This document shows positions 20,266-28,160 of a stretch of DNA of 64,000 nucleotides, piece by piece. Where the stretch lies: contig CAZREW010000015.1 of NCBI GenBank assembly GCA_964599375.1, forward strand, positions 10,028 to 74,027. Reading direction: 5' to 3'. The notes beneath the pieces were generated by a model. The model was not told where the DNA came from. It did not search any database and saw only the letters and a list, made by a program, of their open reading frames with translations. Within the stretch, counting starts at the first letter, position 1; each line of letters begins with the position of its first letter. Both the position numbers and the translations under genes were made by a program. The DNA is from an uncultured bacterium. GTDB taxonomy: Bacteria; Krumholzibacteriota; Krumholzibacteriia; Krumholzibacteriales; Krumholzibacteriaceae.

Positions 20266-21542
20266 AGGACCGAGGAGCCGGGAAGGAACGAAACGGCGAG
20301 GCGGCGGCAGTGGCGATATCGGGCGCCCTGCTTTCAGCGTTCTGGGCCGCACAGGCTGTATCGCTGTTCGGTGACAGGCTCAACAACTTCTCCCTCGTGG
20401 CTCTGGTGAACAGGTTCTCGAAAGATCCATCGCTTCAGCTCTCGGGTATATACGCGGCGATGTATCTGCCCGTCTTCCTTCTCGCCCCGGCGGCTGGAGT
20501 AGTCGTAGACAGATTGAACAAGAGATGGGTGCTTGCCGCGACTGACCTGGCGCGTGGTCTCCTCGTGCTGCTCATACCGGCGGCGTTCGCCGCGACCGGG
20601 AGCTTCATCCCTGTCATGGCGGTCGTCTTCCTCGTCGCATCCGGCAATCTTCTTTTCCTTCCAGCAAAATCCGGCTTCCTCCCCGAGATCGTCCCGCCCG
20701 AAAAGCTGGTCCGCGTGAACTCGATACTCTGGATCGCGGGGATCGCCGGAGTCATCGGAGGGTTCCTCGGCGGTGGTATCATCTTCGACTATTTTTCTTG
20801 GAAGGCATGCTTCTATCTCGACGGGGCTACCTATCTCATCTCCGCCTCGCTGCTGACTGCCATCGCGCTGCGGCTCCCACGCGGGCCGCAGCCCGCGCCA
20901 CGGGCGGGCCCGGCCGGGGAGTCCGCGCTCGCTGGATTCTGGCGCTCCGCCGCCGAGGGCCTTGCCGAGATAAGGGGCAACCGTTCTCTTGCCGCCCCGC
21001 TGGTCGTGCAGTCGCTGATATTTTTCGGCGCCGGCGGGTTCTCTGTCCTCGCGGTGGTCATGATCGGAGGAGTCTCGAAAGAGGGCAGTTCGATGGGGCT
21101 CGCCGCCGCTGGACTTTCGGCCGGGGCAGGGATGGCCGCCGGGTCCCTGCTCGCGCACCGCCTGGGCCGGAACGCGGGGCGGCCGGCCGAGGGCGCGCTT
21201 TTTCTCCTGTTCGCCCCCGCGGCTGCGGCCGTAGCCCTCTCCTCCTCGCTCGCGCCGGTGTGCGTAGGGATGTTCACGGCCGGACTCGCGGCCACGCCGC
21301 TCTTCGTGATCTCGGAGTCCCAACTCCAGGAGAGGATACCGGAAGGCCTTCGGGGCCGGGTCTTCGCGCTCAGGGAGGTGCTGACCCGCAGCCTCTTCCT
21401 CGCATCCTCCTTTCTCATGAGTTTTCTTGGCAGAGCGACAGGTAAAGGAGCCCTGCTCATACTGCTTGGCCTTTTTCTTGCAATCTCAGGATTGATCCGT
21501 GTCTTTTTATCCGGGTCCACCGATACCGATAACGATAACTGA
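20262..21542 (+). CDS. MFS transporter (12 TM)
   Basis: MFS motif A (GVVVDRLNKRWVL), LQERIPEGLRGRVFA; translationally coupled to the GT4 gene. Confidence 0.88.
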   Translation: MKDRGAGKERNGEAAAVAISGALLSAFWAAQAVSLFGDRLNNFSLVALVNRFSKDPSLQLSGIYAAMYLPVFLLAPAAGVVVDRLNKRWVLAATDLARGLLVLLIPAAFAATGSFIPVMAVVFLVASGNLLFLPAKSGFLPEIVPPEKLVRVNSILWIAGIAGVIGGFLGGGIIFDYFSWKACFYLDGATYLISASLLTAIALRLPRGPQPAPRAGPAGESALAGFWRSAAEGLAEIRGNRSLAAPLVVQSLIFFGAGGFSVLAVVMIGGVSKEGSSMGLAAAGLSAGAGMAAGSLLAHRLGRNAGRPAEGALFLLFAPAAAAVALSSSLAPVCVGMFTAGLAATPLFVISESQLQERIPEGLRGRVFALREVLTRSLFLASSFLMSFLGRATGKGALLILLGLFLAISGLIRVFLSGSTDTDNDN

Positions 21543-21553
21543 CGGGAGTCGCA

Positions 21554-21994
21554 ATGGAGATCACCGAGAAGATCCTCAGGGAAGTCTTTCACCGCCTGGT
21601 CAACATGGAGCCCGAAGACGAAGTATTCGAGAGGCTCAACGGCGTGATAAACGGGATGATGGATAAGTTCCAGGACACATTCGATCTTGACACGGTGCAG
21701 AGACAGAACACGTTCCGGGCGATCATATGCTCGATGTTCGTGCACGGGTGGGGTATCGGGATGCATCCGTTCAACAATCCCGACAGGAACCTCGACGAGA
21801 GGCCGATCGAGGTCCGCGTCAGCAAGGATATCCTCATCCCGATGGAGAACATCAAGGCCCTTCGCTACGTCAAGAAGGACCAGGATGGCCGGGTCAAGAA
21901 GGTCCTCTTCGAACCTGACCAGAACGAGCGCATCCGGGGACAGATAGACAATCTGCTCGACAAGATAGCCGGCGAGAAGTGGGGCGAGAAATGA
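21554..21994 (+). CDS. Hypothetical soluble protein
   Basis: 146-aa ORF with a GGGAG RBS and normal codon pattern, filling the gap before the converging gene. No recognisable motif. Confidence 0.7.
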   Translation: MEITEKILREVFHRLVNMEPEDEVFERLNGVINGMMDKFQDTFDLDTVQRQNTFRAIICSMFVHGWGIGMHPFNNPDRNLDERPIEVRVSKDILIPMENIKALRYVKKDQDGRVKKVLFEPDQNERIRGQIDNLLDKIAGEKWGEK

Positions 21995-21996
21995 CC

Positions 21997-22815
21997 TTAT
22001 GAGTCATTGAGCTTCTCGAGCTCGATGAGCCTGCCGCCGTTCCTGAACTCGACCAGATCCATCAGTTCCTTAATCAGGTAGATCCCCCTGCCCGAGCCCT
22101 TGTAGATGTTCTCCTGCTCGGTGGGATCGGAGATCTCCTCCGGGATGAACCCCTCCCCCTCGTCCTCGATCTGGATGCGTATGCGGCTGCTGCTGATATA
22201 TACGCGGACCCTCACCTTGAGCTTCTCGTCAGACCTGTTGCCATGCACTATGGCGTTACTGAGCGCCTCGTCCACGACCATCGGCAGGTTGACTCTGCTC
22301 TCCTCGGGAGGGAACCCGAACTCGGCGGAAAGAAACGAGATGAGGCGGTTGACCCCGAGTATCCGGGACAGCTTGCTCGGAACGACGAAATCAAGCCTCA
22401 CGTGTCCTTCCCTTATCAGCTCGTTGTTTCTCGGGAACGGGATGCCGCGGTCGGCGGCGTGGCGAAGGACGCCCTGCGCGTCCGCCCTGCTGAAAGGCGG
22501 TGTGATTATACCGTCGATCCCCATCGATATGTACGTCAGGTAGGCCCTCTCGTCGCACTCGCCGGTCACGATATACAGCGGCGATTCGATCATCGACAGC
22601 CTGAGCTGCCTCGTCTTGCCAGGATCGAGCTTTCCGGAGGGTAGAAAGAGGAGCAGGTTGGGACAGCAGTCTCCCGCCGACTGCAGCGCCTTGAGGAACC
22701 TCGGGAATGTCTTGTACGCCTTTACCTCGACATCCTCCGGGAGGCGTGCCTCGGCAAAGAACTGGTCATGCAGCGCAGGCTGCAGATTGAGTATATACAA
22801 TGAAAGTCTGTTCAC
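21997..22815 (-). CDS. Pseudo-receiver fused to an RsbW-like anti-sigma/Ser kinase (HATPase_c_2) domain
   Basis: C-terminal VDEALSNAIVHGN, IEDEGEGF and GSGRGIYLIKELMD boxes. N-terminal alpha/beta receiver-like pattern without the acidic residues. Confidence 0.8.
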   Translation of the reverse strand: MNRLSLYILNLQPALHDQFFAEARLPEDVEVKAYKTFPRFLKALQSAGDCCPNLLLFLPSGKLDPGKTRQLRLSMIESPLYIVTGECDERAYLTYISMGIDGIITPPFSRADAQGVLRHAADRGIPFPRNNELIREGHVRLDFVVPSKLSRILGVNRLISFLSAEFGFPPEESRVNLPMVVDEALSNAIVHGNRSDEKLKVRVRVYISSSRIRIQIEDEGEGFIPEEISDPTEQENIYKGSGRGIYLIKELMDLVEFRNGGRLIELEKLNDS

Positions 22816-22831
22816 ATCCGCCCGGGTATCG

Positions 22832-23431
22832 TCAGAATACCTGCTGCCCGTCTGCGAGTATCTCGTTAAGCGCTGTACGGAAATACTCGCTCGATTCGGT
22901 CACTTCGGAACCGATCTTCTCCTTGTAAGCCTCCCAGGCCTTCTTTATCTCGGGGCCCAGCAAGGTCATCAGGTCACCGTTGGCGAGTCCGCGGTCGCGC
23001 TTCTCCTGGTTATACACCAGGATGTCGCTCACGAAGACACGGGCGAGCCTTTTCGCCCTCTCGCGTTTCTTCCTGATCTCGGGCGTCTCGACTACCGTCT
23101 CCACGACAGCCGGCTTCGCCTCGAAAGCCGCGTCGTTCCCGGAGATCTCAGCCTCTTCCTCTAAGATCGCGGATTCAGGCTGCGTCATCACAGCGGCCGC
23201 CCTGTGCTGCTCGGGAGCTCCCCATCCCCCGCTCACCTGAGCCTCGGCCAGCGGAACGCCCGTGGCGTACTCGTTGGTCGTGATCTCGATCCCGGCATCC
23301 AGAGCCGCCGGAGGCGGAGTGAGTCTCCATATGAACCGGCACTTAGGGCATCTGACCCTGATCCCCGCGGAGGGGACCTTCTCATCCCCGAGCATGTATT
23401 TCGTCTGGCATCCGTCACAGGTGACGATCAT
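22832..23431 (-). CDS. MJ0042-type zinc-ribbon protein with a C-terminal RomX-like domain
   Basis: N-terminal MIVTCDGCQTKY...KVP..GIRVRCPKC; Ala/Glu/Pro linker; C-terminal AKRLARVFVSDILVYNQEK...YFRTALNEIL helical domain. GGAGG RBS before 23431. Confidence 0.75.
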   Translation of the reverse strand: MIVTCDGCQTKYMLGDEKVPSAGIRVRCPKCRFIWRLTPPPAALDAGIEITTNEYATGVPLAEAQVSGGWGAPEQHRAAAVMTQPESAILEEEAEISGNDAAFEAKPAVVETVVETPEIRKKRERAKRLARVFVSDILVYNQEKRDRGLANGDLMTLLGPEIKKAWEAYKEKIGSEVTESSEYFRTALNEILADGQQVF

Positions 23432-23479
23432 TTCGACCGATCCTCCATCCTGCACCGAGCCGGCCGTTCGATCGGTCCT

Positions 23480-24028
23480 TCAGAGTCCGAGTTCCTCTGA
23501 TATCGACCTCATCGCATCGAGCGATATCTCGAGAAATTCGTGCAGATCAAGACCCAGCTCGCTACAACTTGCAATCGCCTCACGGTTTGCGCCCGCGGCA
23601 AACCTCTTTTCCTTGAAACGCTTCCCCACGAATTCAGCGTCAGTTTCCGCCAGTTTCTTCGAAGGGTGCATCAGGGCTGAAGCAACAATCAAGCCAGTAA
23701 CGGGGTCGGCGGCGTATATCGCCCTGTCCATGTCGGTGTCCAGCCCCGCCCTGTCGCAGTGCGCGAGTATTGCGTGACGGACCTCCTCCGGGACGTCCAC
23801 TCCCTCGATCAGGTCCATCGTCACGCATCCATGCCTTTCCGGTTCCTCGAAGGTGCTCTCGTAGTCGAGGTCGTGAAGGAGGCCGGCCATGCCCCAGACG
23901 TCAGGGTCGCCGCCGTAACGCTTAGCCAAAGCTCGCATTATGGCTTCTACTGCAAGGACATGCTTGACGAGGTTCTTCTTCCTGAGGTGGGTGTTGACCA
24001 GCCCCAGTGCTTCTTCGCGCGTTATCAA
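23480..24028 (-). CDS. HD/HDIG-family metal-dependent phosphohydrolase
   Basis: KHVLAVE, GLLHDLD, H..AILAH, AADPVTGLI, KRFKEKRFAAG motifs. Confidence 0.88.
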   Translation of the reverse strand: MITREEALGLVNTHLRKKNLVKHVLAVEAIMRALAKRYGGDPDVWGMAGLLHDLDYESTFEEPERHGCVTMDLIEGVDVPEEVRHAILAHCDRAGLDTDMDRAIYAADPVTGLIVASALMHPSKKLAETDAEFVGKRFKEKRFAAGANREAIASCSELGLDLHEFLEISLDAMRSISEELGL

Positions 24029-24058
24029 ACCGTCTCCTTTCCCGCGGCGGCATACCGT

Positions 24059-26158
24059 TCAGCCGATATCTGCCAGTCCCATCCTGCCCCTATAATACTG
24101 CCGGAAATAATCGGCAACAACCCTGTTTTCCGGCTTGTCCAGCCCCGGGTCGCCGGCGAGAAGATCGCCGCTCTCCCTCCATGACCGTTGGACAAGGTCA
24201 CTGTCGCTGAGGGGATTTATCAGCCTGAACGCCGGATATCCCGACTGTCTCGTGCCCCAGACCTCCCCAGGACCGCGCATCTCGAGATCGATCTCCGCCA
24301 CCCGGAACCCGTCCGTAGTGGAGGCGAACATCTCAAGGCGCCGCGCCGATGCCCCTGACGCGTCCTCGTCGACCAGGAGGTAGCATACGCCCCCGCTGCC
24401 ACCTCTGCCGATCCTCCCGCGGAGCTGGTGGAGTTGAGCGAGCCCGAACCGCTCCGGATGATTTATAAGCAGGAAGGAGGCATTAGGAATATCCACCCCT
24501 ACCTCTATCACGGTCGTCGTGACCAAGCCGAGGATCTCCCCGGCGCGGAACATCGATATCGCGCGCATCTTCTCTTCGAAACTCATCCTGCCGTGCAGAA
24601 GGCCTATCGGGAGACCGGAGAACTCTTCCGCCGAGAGGCGCTCGAACTCCTCGGTCGCGGCCTTCAGCTCGAGCCCCTCGCTCTCCTCGACCAGGGGGTA
24701 AAGGATGAAGGCCTGCCGCCCCTCCCTCATACCGTCCCGGACCGTCGCATAGGCAGATTCCGCTTCGCCGGCCAGCACGATCTCGGTCCTCACGTCCCTG
24801 CTACCGAAGGGCATCTCGTCTATCACTGAGAGGTCGAGGTCTCCGTATACGGTCTGCGCGAGGCTGCGGGGTATCGGCGTCGCTGTCATCACGAGAAAAT
24901 GCGGAAGCAGGTCCCCGGAGCCGAGCGTCGCCCTCTGCCGCACGCCGAAACGGTGCTGCTCGTCTATGACCGCGAGGCCAAGCTGCCTGAACGATATCGA
25001 TTCCTGTATAAGCGCGTGCGTGCCTACGACCAGGTCGATCTCTCCCGAGGCGAGCCTCCTGTGGACATCCCTCTTCTGGGCCTGTCTCATCGAACCGAGG
25101 AGCAGGGCGGTCGTGACCCCGAGCCCCTCGAGATACTCCTCCATCCTCATCGCGTGCTGCTGGGCGAGGATCTCGGTCGGTGCCATCATCGCGGCCTGAT
25201 GCCCCGCGCCGACAGCGAGGAGCATGGACGCGAGCCCGACGACGGTCTTGCCCGAGCCGACGTCTCCCTGCAGGAGCCTCGAGAGGCCTTTCTCGCTCTC
25301 TACGTCAGCCCTTATCTCCCCCAGCACCCTCTTCTGGGCCCCTGTCAGGGAGAAGGGAAGGTTCTCCAGGAAGCGGCGCGCCAGTCTGTGGGGAGGAGCT
25401 ATCACGGGACGCTTCCTCCCCTCGCGTACGAGTATCGACTTCTCCCTGATAAGGAGGTGGAGGAAGAATACCTCCTCGAACTTCAGCCTCCTGACGGCCG
25501 TCTCGAGAGCGGGCTCGTCATCGGGATAGTGGATCTGGAAAAGAGCTTGCTCCCTACCCGGAAAGCCCATGCCGCGGAGCAGCCCGCCGGGCAGGTTCTC
25601 CGGGATCATGCCCCGGGCGCGGTCGAGTGCCGCCTTTACTATCCTGCGCATCATCCTCTGCGAGATCCCAGCGGTCAGCGGATAGACCGGCACTATCCTT
25701 CCGGCGTTGAGGAGCTGCTCGTCCTCCCCGCCGCCGGTCATCTCCCACTCCGGTCCGACCATCTGCTTGCGGTCCCTGTACAGCTTGACGCGGCCGCTTG
25801 CGATGACTCTCGATCCCTTGCGGAAATACTTGTCCAGGTAGGACTGGTTGAAGAAGACGAGCTGGAGCGCCCCGGTGCCGTCATCGATGGCGACTGTAAG
25901 CATGCTCCTGCGGGAGCCCAGCCTTCGAGAATGCGCGGTCAGCACCTCACCGCTCACCGTCACCGTCTCCCCGACGGGGGCCGACCCGATCGACACGAGG
26001 CTGGTGCGGTCGTAGTAAGCTCTCGGGTAATGCCTGATAAGGTCGTCGACCGTCTCTATCCCGAGCCGTGAAAGGAGCTTCTGGCGCGCCGGGCCTACGC
26101 CCCTGACGAACTGGCTGCTCGTCCCGAGTATCTTTTCTTCTGCCTTTTCACTGACCAT
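24059..26158 (-). CDS. recG: ATP-dependent DNA helicase RecG
   Basis: Wedge OB fold; LLQGDVGSGKT, DEQHRFGV, MTATPIPR, ERFGLAQLHQLRGRIGRG and DLEMRGPGE motifs. Confidence 0.98.
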   Translation of the reverse strand: MVSEKAEEKILGTSSQFVRGVGPARQKLLSRLGIETVDDLIRHYPRAYYDRTSLVSIGSAPVGETVTVSGEVLTAHSRRLGSRRSMLTVAIDDGTGALQLVFFNQSYLDKYFRKGSRVIASGRVKLYRDRKQMVGPEWEMTGGGEDEQLLNAGRIVPVYPLTAGISQRMMRRIVKAALDRARGMIPENLPGGLLRGMGFPGREQALFQIHYPDDEPALETAVRRLKFEEVFFLHLLIREKSILVREGRKRPVIAPPHRLARRFLENLPFSLTGAQKRVLGEIRADVESEKGLSRLLQGDVGSGKTVVGLASMLLAVGAGHQAAMMAPTEILAQQHAMRMEEYLEGLGVTTALLLGSMRQAQKRDVHRRLASGEIDLVVGTHALIQESISFRQLGLAVIDEQHRFGVRQRATLGSGDLLPHFLVMTATPIPRSLAQTVYGDLDLSVIDEMPFGSRDVRTEIVLAGEAESAYATVRDGMREGRQAFILYPLVEESEGLELKAATEEFERLSAEEFSGLPIGLLHGRMSFEEKMRAISMFRAGEILGLVTTTVIEVGVDIPNASFLLINHPERFGLAQLHQLRGRIGRGGSGGVCYLLVDEDASGASARRLEMFASTTDGFRVAEIDLEMRGPGEVWGTRQSGYPAFRLINPLSDSDLVQRSWRESGDLLAGDPGLDKPENRVVADYFRQYYRGRMGLADIG

Positions 26159-26165
26159 AAATCGC

Positions 26166-26194
26166 TTGCGTTCGAGGGGTTTATCGTCTAAATT
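26166..26194 (+). promoter_or_regulatory. Putative sigma70 promoter of rpmB
   Basis: TTGCGT (26166-26171), 17-nt spacer, TAAATT (26189-26194); GGAGG RBS at 26216-26220. Confidence 0.5.
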
Positions 26195-26226
26195 ATACTC
26201 TCGCTTACATGAAGCGGAGGAGAATC

Positions 26227-26418
26227 ATGAGCAGAGTCTGCGCTATATGCGGAAAAAAGCCGATAACGGGACACAACGTCAGCCACGCCCATAATCTTAC
26301 CAACCGCCGCTGGCTGCCGAATCTCCAGAAGATCCGTGTCGAGATAGACGGCAAACCGAAAAGGGCCTACGTCTGCACGCAGTGCATCAGGAGCGGGGCT
26401 GCCAGGAAAATAGTCTAG
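26227..26418 (+). CDS. rpmB: 50S ribosomal protein L28 (zinc-binding form)
   Basis: [10 protein letters not shown]...GHNVSHA...RRWLPNLQ...VCTQC motifs; both CxxC pairs intact. Confidence 0.97.
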   Translation: MSRVCAICGKKPITGHNVSHAHNLTNRRWLPNLQKIRVEIDGKPKRAYVCTQCIRSGAARKIV

Positions 26419-26460
26419 GATAGCGGCACCTTCCGACGCGGGTCTGTTTCAATCGATATC

Positions 26461-26493
26461 AACTGGCCGGGAAGACCTCTTTCCCGGCCAGTT
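26461..26493. terminator. Inverted repeat between convergent rpmB and radical SAM genes (probable bidirectional terminator)
   Basis: Perfect 13-bp stem AACTGGCCGGGAA / TTCCCGGCCAGTT with a 7-nt loop. No long U-tract. Confidence 0.6.
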
Positions 26494-26621
26494 ATCGTAT
26501 TCCGGGGCCTTTCCCATATCTTCTTTTCCCATGACCACTTCGGGATCTCTTTTTCTATCCTGCAGGGATTATATATGTACCGCCCGGTCCGCTCAACAGA
26601 ATTGATGGGATATGGATGATC

Positions 26622-28142
26622 TCACCTTAGCAGGGCACGGTATCGTCTCAGCAGAGCGTCCCTGCCGCCGTCACCCGAGGACTTTTCCCACGGCAGTGGA
26701 TCATCGAGCCCCCTCTCGGCGTGAATGAAATCGGGGTCGACGCCCTCGTCCCTGAGCGCTCTCTTCCACGATGTGCCGCCCGCGGCGTACCTCACTGCGG
26801 CCCTTCCGACCTCCTCGCCGCCGAGCGCTATCCTGGCCTGGTTCATCGATGATCTCTGTCCCTTCGCGGAGATCCTGACCCCAGCGGACCTGCACACCGC
26901 CGCCATCGAATCGACCGAAGCTTTTATCTCCGTGCGGCCTGGCATCGCCATGAACTGAAGCGGGGTCCGCGGCTTGGGCACTAGTACGTTGAGGTTGACC
27001 TCTACGCGGGCGCCTCCCGCCGCCTTTGAGAATGCTGAGAGAAACCGCTCCGAATCCACGAACGTCCCTGCATCCTCGCCGGGGAGCCCCGCGAGCATGT
27101 AGAGGGTGAACCGAGACACTCCCGCTCCGCGCAGCAGTCGGGCCGCGCCGAGATATTCCTGGTCGGGAGACCTCTTGCCGAGCCTGACCCTCATGCTCTC
27201 GCTCCCCGACTCGGGAGCGAGGCTGACACTCCTTATGCCGGCCCTGCCTATCGCCTCCGCCCTTTCAGCGTCGATATCCCCGGCCCGCAGCGAGCTGAGC
27301 CCGACCCTTCCCCCCCTCGCCTCGACCGCTCTCATCAAGCCGGTGAAATCGGGATGCGCAGCCGCCGCCGTGCTGACAAGGCCGACGTTCAGTGGAGCCG
27401 AGCCCGCGGCCCCGCGGGCCTCATCGAGGATCGACTCGAACCTCTCCAGAGGCATCGTCCTGAACGGCCTGTAGATCGAGGTCGCCATGCAGAACGCGCA
27501 AGCTCCGGGACACCCCCTCGAGACCTCGACCAGAAACATGTCCGGGAACGCCGTGCCGTGCGCGATTATGGCGGAATGTTGAAAGAGCTCGGGAGCCGCC
27601 GGCCCCGCGGGGGCAGCCGTCTCGTGACGACCGGGCAGTATGATGCCTCCGGCGCCGGAAAGCCTCGCGGCGATCGTGTCCATGTCCTGCCACTCGCCGG
27701 CGACTGCATCTATTATCCTCGGCATCACCGGCTCTCCCTCGCCGGCGGCAAGCACATCCGCCAGGGGGAAGAAAGGCACAGGATTGGACGAGACTACGGG
27801 GCCACCCGCGATCACCAGGGGGCCGCCGGCCCTTCTTTCCCTCAGCGGGTCGATACCGAGTGAGACAAGTATCCTCACCAGATTGAGCAGGTCCTCCTCA
27901 TATGAGACGGTGAAGAAGACAGCGGCGGGCGCCTCGCGGCCGGGAGGATCGCCGAGAAAACACCTGCCGATCCTGAACCTGCCGCTTCTCGAAAGGGATG
28001 AATAGATGAAATGGTATCCGAGATTCGACATCCCGGTGGCGTATCTGTTCGGGTAGGCCACTATCACCAGAGGCGCCCCTGACGGGGGCACGGGATAGGT
28101 CTCAAGAACTGTCTCGCCGGCGTATCTCGGGGGATCGGTCAC
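26622..28142 (-). CDS. Radical SAM protein with N-terminal B12-binding-like domain, uncharacterised family
   Basis: YPNRYATGMSNLG, IAGGP, GEGE, EVSRGCPGACAFC (CxxxCxxC), SLAPESGS, LYMLAGLPGE and VPKPRTPLQ motifs. Confidence 0.88.
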   Translation of the reverse strand: MTDPPRYAGETVLETYPVPPSGAPLVIVAYPNRYATGMSNLGYHFIYSSLSRSGRFRIGRCFLGDPPGREAPAAVFFTVSYEEDLLNLVRILVSLGIDPLRERRAGGPLVIAGGPVVSSNPVPFFPLADVLAAGEGEPVMPRIIDAVAGEWQDMDTIAARLSGAGGIILPGRHETAAPAGPAAPELFQHSAIIAHGTAFPDMFLVEVSRGCPGACAFCMATSIYRPFRTMPLERFESILDEARGAAGSAPLNVGLVSTAAAAHPDFTGLMRAVEARGGRVGLSSLRAGDIDAERAEAIGRAGIRSVSLAPESGSESMRVRLGKRSPDQEYLGAARLLRGAGVSRFTLYMLAGLPGEDAGTFVDSERFLSAFSKAAGGARVEVNLNVLVPKPRTPLQFMAMPGRTEIKASVDSMAAVCRSAGVRISAKGQRSSMNQARIALGGEEVGRAAVRYAAGGTSWKRALRDEGVDPDFIHAERGLDDPLPWEKSSGDGGRDALLRRYRALLR

Positions 28143-28160
28143 TGGAACGCTCCGGTATCT

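Noticed and set aside
26494-26621. Pyrimidine-rich gap between rpmB and the radical SAM gene as a possible sRNA
   Set aside because: No promoter, conserved structure or family signature is evident beyond the terminator-like hairpin.
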